A DNA stretch of 64,000 bases, from assembly GCF_006345805.1 (NCBI RefSeq), contig NC_043011.1:9486001-9550000 (forward strand), in the 5' to 3' direction. Below the pieces are notes generated by a model. It was not told the origin of the DNA. It did not search any database and worked only from the letters and a program-made list of their open reading frames with translations. This DNA is from Octopus sinensis (taxonomy: Eukaryota). Positions 24,381 to 36,630 of the stretch are shown here, in pieces. Numbering within the stretch: the stretch's first letter is position 1; each line of letters opens with the position of its first letter. Position numbers and translations under genes: made by a program.

Positions 24381-24584
24381 TCGAACACAGGTTTATATAA
24401 ACACATTGTTGTATTTGTGAGGTGTTTATAGATCCTAATCTGACAAGATTATAAAAACCCATAAGAGCCTGCCAATATTTTCATGAATATCAAAATGATT
24501 GAATGTTGTAGAAATCTCTTGGATTTGGTTGGCAGCTTTCGCTGGTGGTTGCAATCAATAAACTCAAAGTTGTTATTGTTGGCA

Positions 24585-24810
24585 AAAGGGGTAGCCTGGG
24601 TGGATTGGGTTGCATTGGATAAAAAAAAATATGTTAAGCTATTTGTTCCAGCCATTTACATTCTGAGTTCAAATCTCACCAAGATTAATTCTGCCTTTCA
24701 TACCATCTGGGAGGTCAATACAATAAAGTACCATTCAAACATTGGCGTCAAGGGTTTCAGCTATCAACACCCTTCTCTTAAAATTGCTGGTTTTATGCCT
24801 ACGGGATTAT
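24585..24810 (+). mobile_element. SINE family B
   Basis: ttctgagttcaaatctcacc...ctgcctttcatacc...aataaagtacca...aaattgctgg. Confidence 0.65.
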
Positions 24811-25201
24811 TCCTGGTGGCTATCAGGTATTCTTAGATCAGGTCAGCATTGAGGATATCAGCTTTACACAGTTTATCTATAGTTGTTGCTGTTATTTAGC
24901 GCCAACTCTCAGCCACAATTCAATAGACCTATGATTAAACACAGTCATCGACCAACCATTTTTCTCTTTTTTTCTTTTACTTTGTCTCTTCTTCTTACTA
25001 TCCAGGTCTTCATTGGCATGATGTGATTTGGAGATTTGGTTGCTATTTCTAGACAGCTGTGTCATTGCATAAGACTTCCCTTGTTGACACATTTATCTAA
25101 AGTAGATGCATCTTGCACAGTCCATTTCCCCTTTAATCATATAAGCTACAGTGTATTTATGTGTGTGCGTGTGTGTGTGTGCATACGTATGTGTGTATAT
25201 A

Positions 25202-25712
25202 ATCATCATCATCATTATCATCATTGTTTAACGTCTGCTTTCCATGCTGGCATGGGTTGGACGGTTTGATTGGGGACTGGTGAGTCAGAGGCTGTACCAG
25301 GCTCCAATCCAATTTGGCAGTGTTTCTACAGCTGGATGCCCTTCCTAATGCCAACCCCTCTGAGAGTGTAGTGGGTGCTTTTACGTGCCACCAGCATGAG
25401 AGCCAGTCAAGCAGTTCTGGCAATGACCATGCTCAAAAGATGTTTTTATGTGCTACCTGCATGGGAGCCAGTCCGGTGGCACTGGCAACGACCACGCTCG
25501 GATGTTGTTTTTCATGTGCTGGTAACAATCACGCTTGAATGGTGCTTTTCACGTGTCACTGCCATGGGAGCCAATCTGTGGGCCTGGCAACGATCATGCT
25601 CGGATGTGCTTTTAACATTCCACTGGCATCAGCGCCAATCAGGCGGTACTGTCATCGGCCACGTTAGCGATTTTGGTTTGTTTACACTTGCCTCAGCAGG
25701 TCTTCGCAAGCA
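25202..25712 (-). mobile_element. RTE LINE 3' UTR with several diverged modules
   Basis: Same tail as 4093; includes cacttgcctcagcaggtcttcgcaag, also present next to the ORF end at about 4755. Confidence 0.88.
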
Positions 25713-25753
25713 AAGTCCATTGTCTTAGTTTCTCTGTGCCTAAGTGACATATA

Positions 25754-26143
25754 GGTGTAGGAGTGGCTGTGTGGTAAGTAGCTTGCTTTCCAACCACATG
25801 GTTCTGGTTTCAGTTCCACTGTGTGGCACCTTGGGCCAGTTTCTTCTACTATAGCCTTGGGCTGACCAAAGCCTTGTGAATGGATTTGGTAGATGGAAAC
25901 TGAAATAAACCTGTTGTATAGATGTGTGTGTGAGTGTGTATATGTTTGTGTGTCTGTGTTTATCCCCCCAATATCGCTTGACAACTGATGTTGGTGTGTT
26001 TACACCCCTGTAACTTAGCGGTTCGGCAAAAGAGACTGATAGAGTAAGTACTGGGCTTACAAAGAATAAATCCTGGGGTCAATTTGTTCGACTAAAGGCA
26101 GTGCTCCAGCATGGCCACAGTCAAAATTACCAAAACAAATAAA
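25754..26143 (+). mobile_element. Full-length CORE-type tRNA SINE with internal (TG)n
   Basis: ggagtggctgtgtggtaag head, ggcaccttgggc core, 3' ggtgctccagcatggcc tail; homologous to 60011-60420. Confidence 0.85.
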
Positions 26144-26851
26144 ATATATATATATAACACACACACATGTACAGAGAGAAAGAGATTATTATATGTTGTA
26201 CTATATATGTCAACTGTATTTATTTGGTTTTGTTTTACTTCTTCCCATGTTGAAGTTCATTAGGATCACCAACATGGGGTGGGGCTGTTGTGAATGTACT
26301 CAACACGGGGTTCATAGTGATGTTATGTTAAATTTTTTTTAAGGTTTCATATTCAAAATGGAAACTAAAAAGTTGCACCTATCACTTTGCCCCACCCCTA
26401 CCTATTCCAAACTTTATACCCACTTAAAATTTCTCTCATGTCTAGTGGGGCAGTATTGCCCACATTGAGGAGCACTGATCTAGCTGATGACGAGTGTTAC
26501 TAGCAATAGATTATCCTACCACTTCTACCATTCAGTTTCTTTGGTATTAACCATGTAAATCTTGTGATGTTTGTCTTCTATTTCTTGACTCTGAAGTCAT
26601 AAGTTAAATGCCGTGTCTTGTTGAAGGAGAAAGAATACATATCAATTGAAAACAATGTCATTGTGTTAAATGTGTAAATGAATGTTTTATTGTAGAATGG
26701 TAAAAGATAATGGTTGCTTCAAAGAAGACTTTATTTTACAGAGTTTTGGGGGTGAAATCTGAAGTTAATTACAAAACTCCCAATCTTTGGATTACCATTA
26801 AAAAATGCTTGTTGGAGTAAAATTACAAAACAGAGGGAGAGATAGATGGAG

Positions 26852-26882
<31 letters not shown>

Positions 26883-27349
26883 TGGGGAGAAAGAGAGAGG
26901 GAGAGTAAGAGGCAGACAAATACAGAAAGTAAAAGAAAGAAAAAGTGAGGAAAAAGTAATTTTAATAGAAAAGAATCCAAATGAAAAATACAAAAAGAAT
27001 TATGCGTATTTGAAGATTTCAAGTTGTGATAATGTTGGAAGTTGTAAATGAATTCAGCAAGACATTGTAAAAAACAGTTCATTATCTTGAAAAGATAACG
27101 AACAAAAACTATTTCAGTTCTTTTGTCTTTGATCAATTGAATTTGGAAAAAAAAAAAACCCAAAAAATGATTTCCAATGAAGCATATTGTTTAGTTTTAT
27201 AGAAACCAACATGGTTGATGGAAGAAAAGAAAGCATCGTTGTTGTTGTTGTTGTTGTGGATGATGGAATGGTAGAGGCTGGTAGAATTGGCAGCAAGTAA
27301 TAGCAATAGACTATCATTGTAGCAGTGCACCGTATAGTAATGGACTGAT

Positions 27350-27370
27350 TATATATATATTATATATATA

Positions 27371-27412
<42 letters not shown>

Positions 27413-27413
27413 G

Positions 27414-27460
<47 letters not shown>

Positions 27461-27472
27461 TATATATATATA
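27350..27472. repeat. Interrupted (TA)n microsatellite
   Basis: Directly visible. Confidence 0.95.
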
Positions 27473-29055
27473 ATACAGACATATAGATGAATACACACCA
27501 TATTGTAATGTAAGGTAATAAGCTATGATGTATATTGCAAAGAATATCATAGAATAAGTCTGTTTTATGTATGTATGTGTATGTATACACACATATACGA
27601 CAGTGTATTGTAATCAGCTATAATATATAACATTGCAGTTTATTGTATAATAATAGGTTATGATTTTAAACGTGTGTGTGTACATACACACACAGACACA
27701 CGCACGCATATGATGATCGCCTCATCTTGTCAGATGATAGCTGTCTTATATTCAGCATCATTGCTCTAATTTACTTTCATCATTACAAATGCCTTTTCGT
27801 GCCATGTATCCACAGCTTTTAGACTTTGAAAAATGAAAAACGGATCAAGCAGTGAAATCATAGTGTGATACCTATATGTCATTCAATCCAAGTGACAAAA
27901 GCTTGTAGAGCATTTTTGTCACTCTCTCATGTACTACTCACCTTATAGCCCTCGGCTGTCACTTTAGCCTCTCATCTTCCAGTGACAAGCATTGGTACTA
28001 TTCACGTGACACAATGGATACTATTTTGACTGCAAGTTTTATGTCAGAATAACTTTCCCTTGGAAGAGATGCCTTCCCCATGGCTTTCTGAAAAATATCA
28101 TGAGCCTCGTCTGCTCCTGGGGAAATTCACTTAACCTATAGATGGGACTCTGACAGATATTATCATCCCACGTCAGAATGGGTCTGGGAATAATGGTAAA
28201 TAAGGGCTGACTCCACATTCTTCACAGCTCCAGCTGGAACCTCATTACTGGATGCCGTTTAATGTCATATATATATATATATATATATATATATCATGCT
28301 GTGTTGTGGTTGAATTACCGATAATAGCCATCCAGGGGCAATGCTTTTACAGGATTAGTTAACTGTAATAAGTCTTGCAGTTATTTTATCAATCTTTCTA
28401 TTTGTTGGACAGCTAAGTTACAGGATATAAAGGCACACAACATAAACCCCTATTTTTTTGGGTGGTGGGGAATCAGATGCCTCTCACAAGGGTTTAGTCA
28501 ACATGAGGCTACAGCAGGAGCCATGTTCCAAATGTTGCATAGAGAAATCTAACCAGGAAGCACATTGTTGCAAAGTGAACCACATTGTTAGCACAGAATC
28601 ATGTCTGCTGTCGATTGAAAACTCAGTCCGTTTACTTGTATTTATAATTTATTGCATATATCTTGGAATTCTCTAGAATATTGTTAAGAATTGAAGCATT
28701 TGTAGCAAGATATAAATGGCAATATTTCCCAGAAAAATTAATAAGTCATGAAGGAGAATGGCAATGGCAGATCTGTGTAGGATTAACATCTAATGTCACC
28801 AACTAATTACATTTCCATATCTTCTCAACACAGAATCACCATTTTCTCTTGCTGTTTCTGATAATAAAACCTCTTTGGAGAATGGCTTCCATGAAATAGG
28901 AATCAAACAGAAGTCAGCCACACACACACACATAATGTACTTGGGTTTGAATATATGTCCACTTGCATGTATACATGAGTGTCCCATCGTGCCATAAACA
29001 AGTAACTGGATCCAGTTAGAGAGTGCGCTTGCAATGCGTCTGCATTGCAGGCACA

Positions 29056-29290
29056 CTCACAAAAATACATTACACACACATGTATGCACACACACCACAC
29101 ACTCCAGCAAAAATACATTACACACACATGTATGCACACACACACACTCCAGCAAAAATACATTACACACACATGTATGCACACACACACACACACTCCA
29201 GCAAAAATACATTACACACACATGTATGCACACACACACACACTCCAGCAAAAATACATTACACACACATGTATGCACACACACACCATG
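29056..29290. repeat. Minisatellite: 5 units of 44-49 bp, constant ctccagcaaaaatacattacacacacatgtatg plus variable (CA)n
   Basis: Units start at 29056, 29102, 29147, 29196 and 29243. Confidence 0.95.
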
Positions 29291-29541
29291 CACACATTTG
29301 TGTCGTAATTCAATCCAATTTACATCATTGGTTGTATTTATTTCACCATAACATGACATTTGTGTATATGTCAATGAAACTTGACCCCTTGACCACAGCT
29401 CGTTGGTCAGTTGGCTGACAAAAGAGCCAACATCCTTCCTTGTAATCACAACTTTTAATTGATAATCTCTGTTTAAACTAACAGCAGGGTGAAGTGGACG
29501 GAAGATATTGCAGACATTTTTCTCTTTCTCTTCTTCCCATT

Positions 29542-29555
29542 GTTGCTATGACAAC
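29542..29555. promoter_or_regulatory. RFX X-box motif
   Basis: GTTGCTATGACAAC. Confidence 0.35.
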
Positions 29556-29694
29556 AGATGTATCTTTATTTCAAGCCATCTCTCTTGTTTTAATTATCAT
29601 TTTTACAGATAATTTATAAATCATAATGAAACTAGAGTCTGGTACATTTGTTAAAATATGTATCGACTGCTAAACAAAATATATGTTTTTACAA

Positions 29695-29745
<51 letters not shown>

Positions 29746-30019
29746 CAGTATTATGTCTGCTTTCTTCCATGTTGAAGAGAATGTTGAATTAGACTTCTTG
29801 GGGCAATATTATATGGTTGGATTCCCTACTTGATGGTGACCCTTGTTTTCAAGTAAAACAAGGCACTTTATTCCACTGGAATCTGCACAATGTAAGCTTG
29901 TCACCACTGCACAAGTAGTATCAATGTGAACTCTCACACACACTTTTGTCGATGTGTGCATACATATATATCAGCATTTAATAGTCACTTCCCTATGCAT
30001 GCATGGGTTGGACTATATC

Positions 30020-30091
<72 letters not shown>

Positions 30092-30096
30092 TGTAT

Positions 30097-30446
30097 AGCG
30101 CCGCCTCAACTGGTTTCTGTGCTGGTGGCACATAAAAAGCACCATCCGAACGTGGCCGATGCCAGCGCCGCCTTGGCTGGCTTCCGTGCCGGTGGCACAT
30201 TAAAAGCACCAACCAATCGTGGCCGATGCCAGACCCCCCTGGCACCTGTGCAGGTGGCATGTAAAAAGCACCCACTACACTCGCAGAGTGGTTGGCGTTA
30301 GGAAGGGCATCCAGCTGTAGAAACACTGCCAGATCAGACTGGAGCCTGGTGCAGCCCCTGGCTTCCCAGACCTCGGTCGAACCGTCCAACCTGTGCTAGC
30401 ACGGAAAACGGACGTTAAACGATGATGATGATGATGATGATGATGA
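30097..30446 (+). mobile_element. RTE LINE 3' UTR fragment inserted in TA-rich microsatellite
   Basis: Modules plus ggcgttaggaagggcatcc...gacgttaaacgatgatg. Confidence 0.92.
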
Positions 30447-30665
30447 TATATATATATATATATTATATATATATATATATATGTATATATTATATGTATA
30501 TATATATATGTATATATATACATATATATATGTATATATATATGTATATATATATATGTGTATGTATATATATATATATATGTATGTATGTGTATATATA
30601 TATATGTGTATATATATATATATTTATGTATGTATATATGTATATATATGTATGTATGTATGTAT
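30447..30665. repeat. Compound (TA)/(TATG) microsatellite
   Basis: Directly visible, about 220 bp. Confidence 0.95.
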
Positions 30666-30898
30666 CAATTCTGTACAAGACATTGTAGATCTTTGGCTGG
30701 GCTAAAAAGTCACATTCGATCACAGCACCAGTAACAGTTAAGCTTTGTGCAATGGCCATACTCGATAACGAGGGGGAAGCCATAATAATGTATGTATATA
30801 TATATATAATTAGAATTTACAAAAAAAAAAAAAAAACGAAGACAGGTGTGTAAACAACAAACAGGTGTATTGTTTAATGCTTGGGAAGGTGAGAAAGT

Positions 30899-30934
30899 CT
30901 TTTACGTTTTGAGCCTACGCTCTTCAACAGAAAG
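30899..30934 (-). ncRNA. Degenerate minimal hammerhead-like motif in a Penelope-like repeat end
   Basis: Minus strand CTTT-CTGTTGA-A-GAGC-gtag-GCTC-aAAAC-GTA-AAAG; stems I and II are perfect, core has A6>U and G12>A. Confidence 0.45.
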
Positions 30935-30974
30935 GAACATGAGAAAATAAACAGGAAGAGAATGAAAAAGCTTA

Positions 30975-31910
30975 CCCCAGTCTGTTTTGAGCAAGCATGT
31001 AACGACTTTGGCTTAGTTATAAGCCTCAAGAAGACCAACATCATGGATCAGGCTACATTGGACATCTCAAACATACATATTGGAGACCAGGGAGGTGGAG
31101 AAGTTTACCTATCTTGGCTCTACCATCACCTACAACCTATCCCTTGATGTTGAGCTCAATATACGCATTGGCAAGGCAGCTGCTGTGATGGCCCAACTCT
31201 CCAAACGGGCATGGGACAACAATAAGCTGACCAAGACCACAAAAATGAAGATTTACCAGGCATGGGTACTTAGCACTCTACTGTATGGAAGTGAGACTTG
31301 GACGCTATACACACGCCAAGAGCGTCGCCTAAACATCTTTCACCTGCGCTGCCTCCGGAAAATCTTTCGCATCAAATGGCAGAATCACATCCCCAACAAA
31401 GATGTCCTCAGGCAAGCAGGAATACCAAGCATGTTTGCACTCCTCACACAAAGATGTATGAGATGGCTTGGATATGTTAGCCGTATGGAAGATGGCAGAA
31501 TCCCTAAGGACATACTCTACGGAGAGCTTGCTAGGGGCACTAGGTCTGTGGGTAGACCAATCTTACGTTACAAGGATGTTTGCAAAAGGGACATGAAGGC
31601 CTGCAACATGAATATTAGTGGTTGGGAGGCAGTTGCCGGCAACTGTGGTGAATGGCGACGTACCATAAAAGAGGGAACACAAAGGAGTGACATAGAGGGA
31701 GAGGAGAAATGGAAAGACAAGAAAAGACGTCAACAAGAAACTATGACATTACAACCAGCCAGGAACAGTCTTCGCTACATTTGCGGTACCTGCCAGAGGG
31801 AGTGTTTGTCCAGGATAGGACTACACAACCACAGCAGGAAATGTAAAAGCCGGACTAGATTATTTTATGTGCAACTCCATTGTCTCCCAAGACAAAAAGG
31901 ATGCCAACAA
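30975..31910 (+). mobile_element. 5'-truncated RTE/BovB-like LINE (RT thumb plus C-terminal Zn finger)
   Basis: ORF 31080-31949: VEKFTYLGS, RIGKAAAVM, STLLYGSETWTLY, LRCLRKIFRIKWQ, MRWLGYVSRMEDGRIPKDILYGEL, GRPILRYKD, CGTCQRECLSRIGLHNHSRKC; upstream GLVISLKKT in another frame. Confidence 0.92.
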
Positions 31911-33146
31911 TATATACATATATATATATATATATGCAAACATACATAATAACAGCTAATTGTAAAGCTCTCATCTTCCTCATTTATTTGTTTTCTTTTT
32001 AGCAAGATGCGCACAGAATATTGAGTTGTTAAAAAAATATAAAGCAACAAAAATCCATAACAATATTAACTTTTACATATCGACATTTCGTAAGTATCAG
32101 ACTCTTGTATTAAACAGTGAAATATGATTAAGTTAACAGTGTGTGTGTGTTACTGGAATTAATTCTTGACTTAGCTTAAAACATCAGGTTTTATGTAAAT
32201 TTATCTGTTTTGCAAATGTTATGAATAATTCACATTGAGATTCTTAGAAGGAAAAGAATTAAATAGGAGGATTATTGAAGATATGAATTATAAAAAACAT
32301 ATTTTTTAAGATATTAAAATTAAATGATAATAATATTAATTATGTCATACTGATAGTGCTGCTTTAAAAAATTATCACAATATAAGTGTTACGAATTGGT
32401 AGAGAAAAAAGTGTATGGTAGAAGTAAGAGAAAGCAGAATTGGCAGTATGTTGTTAGAAGAGCAGACTATTTGAAGAAATCTAAGAAGTGAAATGGTGGG
32501 TTCTTAAGGAAAGTTGGTCATTAAATACAGTGAGCTGCAAGGTCTGTTGACTGTTTCATATTGATTTCTGATATTAGCAGAAGACTCTACACATATGGGG
32601 AGGGGGGGAAGCAGGAACTGGTCGATGAAATCAATTGCTGTATATTATTACTGACCCTTCAGAAATGAAAGACAAAGAAAACTCTGGCAGAATTTGAACC
32701 CAGGATGTAAAAAAAGTGGGAAAATATTGTAATTCTGTGAAGATCTTTATTGATAGTCTGCTGGATCAAGACTGATCTGGGATTAAACAAGAGCAAATGA
32801 TAGAAGAATCTAGTAGGAAAGCTTCTACATGGTCAGTCAACTTGTAAAAAATAGCAGCTGAGCCTCCATTAAATGAAACCCTGTCGTCTTGATATGAAAT
32901 GTTTGAAAGATGAACAAGATGGTCATGTTTGGAATACTTTTGATCATGTGTTAAGGGTGACTTGGGGTGGGGTGTGCTAAACAACAAGACCTAATTCTAA
33001 ATATAACCGGAAGTTTTGTTAGGTTGTCTTCTCATGACCAGAGACAGTAACATATATGAACGCATTCTGTCTGTTGAGAAGAAGAAATGTTTTCAGATCC
33101 ACTTCAAAGCGATACACACAAGAAACTCAGAGTAGCCTCACAGACA

Positions 33147-33605
33147 CATCATCATCATCATCATCGTTTAACGTCCGTTTTCCATACTAGTACGAGTTGG
33201 ATGGTTCGACCGGGATCTGGGAAGCCAGGAGGCTGCACCAGGCTCCAGTCTGATCTGGCAGTGTTTCTACAGCTGGATGCCCTTCCTAACGCCAACCACT
33301 CCGGGAGTGTAGTGGGTGCTTTTTACATGCCACTGGCACAGGTGCCAGGGGAGGCTGGCAACAGCCACAATCGGTTGGTGCTTTTTACATGCCACCGGCA
33401 CAGAAGCCAGTCAAGGTGGCACTGGCATTGGCTATGTACGGATGGTGCTTTTAACATGCCACCGGCACAGGTGCCAGGGGAGGCTGGCAATGGCCACAAT
33501 CGGTTGGTGGTTTCTATGTGCCACTTGCACGGAAGCCAGTCAAGGCAGTGCGGGCATCGACCACGTACAGATGGTGCATTTTATGTGCCACCGGCACAGG
33601 TATCA
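33147..33605 (-). mobile_element. RTE LINE 3' UTR with alternating modules
   Basis: Near reverse complement of 30097-30446. Confidence 0.92.
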
Positions 33606-34539
33606 CCAACTTGAAATTAAAATATCTAGTTAAAGTATGACTATCACTCAGAAATAAGTGTGATTTGGTAGCTTGTAGCATTGTTTCACTAGTGCTTCTG
33701 ATGTAGTTAAGAAAACATGTAGATACCCTCTGATCCTTTGATTCAATGGAACATCCAGGATGGAATTTCTTCCAATTCATTTCATGGTAAGTTCAAGTTC
33801 TGCTGGGTCAACTTTGCCTTTTGTCCTTCTAGGGTTGATATAATGAAGTTCCTATCAAGAACTGGGGTTGCTAGTATTGACCAATCCCTTTCCTTAAAAA
33901 GTGCTGGCTTTGTGACAAAATTTGGAAAACTCAATCTATGTTAAACACGTATTACTTTTCTGGACCACAGTTTCAGTAAATCAACTCTTTGCTCAACTAT
34001 ACTTATCAACAAAAATAGAATGATAAATTGATAGTGAAGTGTCGAAGTCAGTAGTCACTATTTTGTATTGGAGGGAAGGAATCCTCTTTGAAAGTCCTAA
34101 GTAAAAATTAGGACATCTATCAGCTGATTTGAACATCTTGTTTTATTTCAGGTTTTAATTGGATGGAATTCTTTGTACCTTATCTAACATTGTTCAAGTG
34201 AAAACGGAGGTCTCTCTTTTGTGTTTCAATTCCCAAATATACTTTGAAAGTGTTGTAGTGCTTTTCTAGGTTGTGCTGATGGAATAGGGTACTCTAAAAG
34301 TTTTTGTGTATATAGTTGATGGCTTACAGGAGGAGACAACATCATGGTAGACTTTACTGCTTACATAACTAACAGCTATTCTATTTCATTTCAACCTGCT
34401 GGTATTTAGTTCATTAAAGGTTGAGTGAATGAAGTGATTGTCCAGAAGTGTACCCCCTCTCTCTCTCATACATTCAACTGGCTATTGGGGCAGGGTTTGA
34501 AATGCTGTTGAAACTCTAGAAAATTTGACCCCTCATTTA

Positions 34540-34950
34540 AAGGTTTTCTATGTATGAAAAAATTGTGTATAAAGTTCAATAAAATAATGAGATGGATGCT
34601 TCAGATAGGGACCTGTATTGATATAGACAGTAAACAGACTGATTATGCGGAATATTTCAGAGACACATTTCACAGTTATTTTAATAACAAACTCAGAAAA
34701 AACGTAGCCATCTTTCAATCTTCGCTGTTTACATCATGAACCAGTTTGATAACATCCAAAGAGACAATAACAGGTTTATTAATGAACAAAGTGTCAGAAC
34801 ATCCACAATAAAAGATATGAAGAGAACACCTCAGAAGTTTCTTATTCTCTTCTCACTACAAAGACAAGACTAAATCTTCAAGACTTCGTTTTCTTATTAA
34901 CACATCATACTGAAAGGTGGCTACTTAAATCTTACTTACAGATTATCTTA
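34540..34950 (+). pseudogene. Possible Penelope-like RT remnant
   Basis: DG..GPVL (cf. DGVAMGSPLGP), YFRDTF (cf. YVDDTF) and EHPQ*K (cf. QHPNIK) in broken frames. Confidence 0.25.
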
Positions 34951-36238
34951 CGACAAATCAATGTAGAAATGGACACAGCATGCTTTCTGTTTAAAGACAC
35001 CTTTATAGACAATTCTTTACAACTGAATAAACTTGAGAAGAAATTTACTAATTTACTTTGGGAATTAACTGCGTATTCCTTCACTATAGCTTTCTAGTTT
35101 TCAAGAACCACTTAAGAATAGAATGGAATAGAATGGCAGATTCTATGAGATTTAGCACAAAATGTTGTATATAGTGGCTGAGTTTGAAATTCTGAAGGTC
35201 CAGAACAAAAGATGGTATTTGGTTAACTGATGGTTCAATGAGAAATTATCAACAACGACAATAAATACCAAAATGGCTTCAATCAGTTTACCATTTATAT
35301 ACCATTGAAGAATGGTCGATGAAATATAAATGTGAAAACTGAATTGGGTAATTTCTTAAAAATCCTGTGATAGTGGACTAAATAATAATAATAATAATAA
35401 ATCTCGACTGATTTATTGCAAACACACACATATACTCTCTCTCTCTCCAAATCTCAGCTAAAAAAACCTAAAATCTAAACTGAAGTACACAAACTATTAT
35501 TCCATAATGTAGACAAAATATGACACTTATCATTATCGCAATTGTTATTGGCATTATCAAATCTCTGAAGATGAAGACTGTATTTTCTCTCACTACATTC
35601 CAATAAAAGGAAAAGCCAAAATAATTGTCTTCATTTCTTCATTAAGCGTCCTCTCACAACAGTTGGATGTCACAGAATAAACAGAGAGGTTGTGTTGTGT
35701 TTCCATAGCTGCCCGAATAGAAGACACTGCAAGTGTGAGGTGTCGAGCATTTTAATCACTGCAGCAAGACACGAGAAGTAGAAGTATTTCATAGAATTGT
35801 TTGGGAGTGAAGAGCCATGAAATGTCCACTGGTGCCAATCAAAGTAGATTCTAACATCAATGATACAAGTTTTATAGAAATTTCTTTTGTTTTTTTTTTC
35901 TCCATCATCTTCTTTTTAGATAAGACTTCACAGACAACCCTTTCACCACACAGCACTTTTTAGATAAGACATCTTATTAAGCACGAAACAAATTAATAAT
36001 AATAATAATCGATCATATGCTGGGATAAGTCAATATTCAGAAACGGAGAAATCAAGGTGAATTGACTAAATTTTATCGTCAAGGGCAACCAGGAAACAAT
36101 CAGTGCCAAAAGATCAAACTGAATTTCTTAAAGAAATGGAGAAATTATTCAAAAATATAAAAATCTGGAAATAAAGACAAACTGAATATGCGAGGGGAAA
36201 ACAGAAATATAAGTTGTAATAATTTGTGATTTGGGAAA

Positions 36239-36630
36239 TCTCTCACTATATAAAGCTGAAGTTGTCTGTGTGTGGCAGGTTTGGTAGCCTTCAACTAACA
36301 CTATCTCCTCCGAGACCCTGCGGCGTAAGTTGACCAAAATTGAGAGTATAATAGAAGAAGGCTTGCTCTTCCTTCCGTAGCAAAACAAATTCAAATCGGA
36401 CCATGTTGACACCAAAAATTATTTACATCAAAAAGGTGCTTTTTTTCTCTGAAAATCCCCATTTTTTACGATTTTTTGACTGCTGTGTCGCCATTTTTCA
36501 GTGTATTTCAACAAGAAAAATGTTCACTTAAAGAGAATAACAAGATACATAATGCAAAATTTTTACTTTTCAAAACTTCCAATTCTATAGGGTCGAAACA
36601 AACCCGAGCAACGCAGGGCGATACTGCTAG
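36239..36630 (+). mobile_element. Non-autonomous Helitron
   Basis: Starts A|TC(tctcactatataaag) and ends CTAG|T at 36627-36631; subterminal hairpin cccgagcaacgcaggg (36603-36618); no TSD or TIR. Confidence 0.8.

Noticed and set aside
29056-29290. CRISPR-like repeat-spacer array
   Set aside because: The spacers are (CA)n rather than unique sequence, there are no cas genes, and the context is eukaryotic.
31080-31949. Longest ORF (289 aa) as a host gene
   Set aside because: It is the C-terminal part of an RTE/BovB-like ORF, 5'-truncated and frameshifted upstream.
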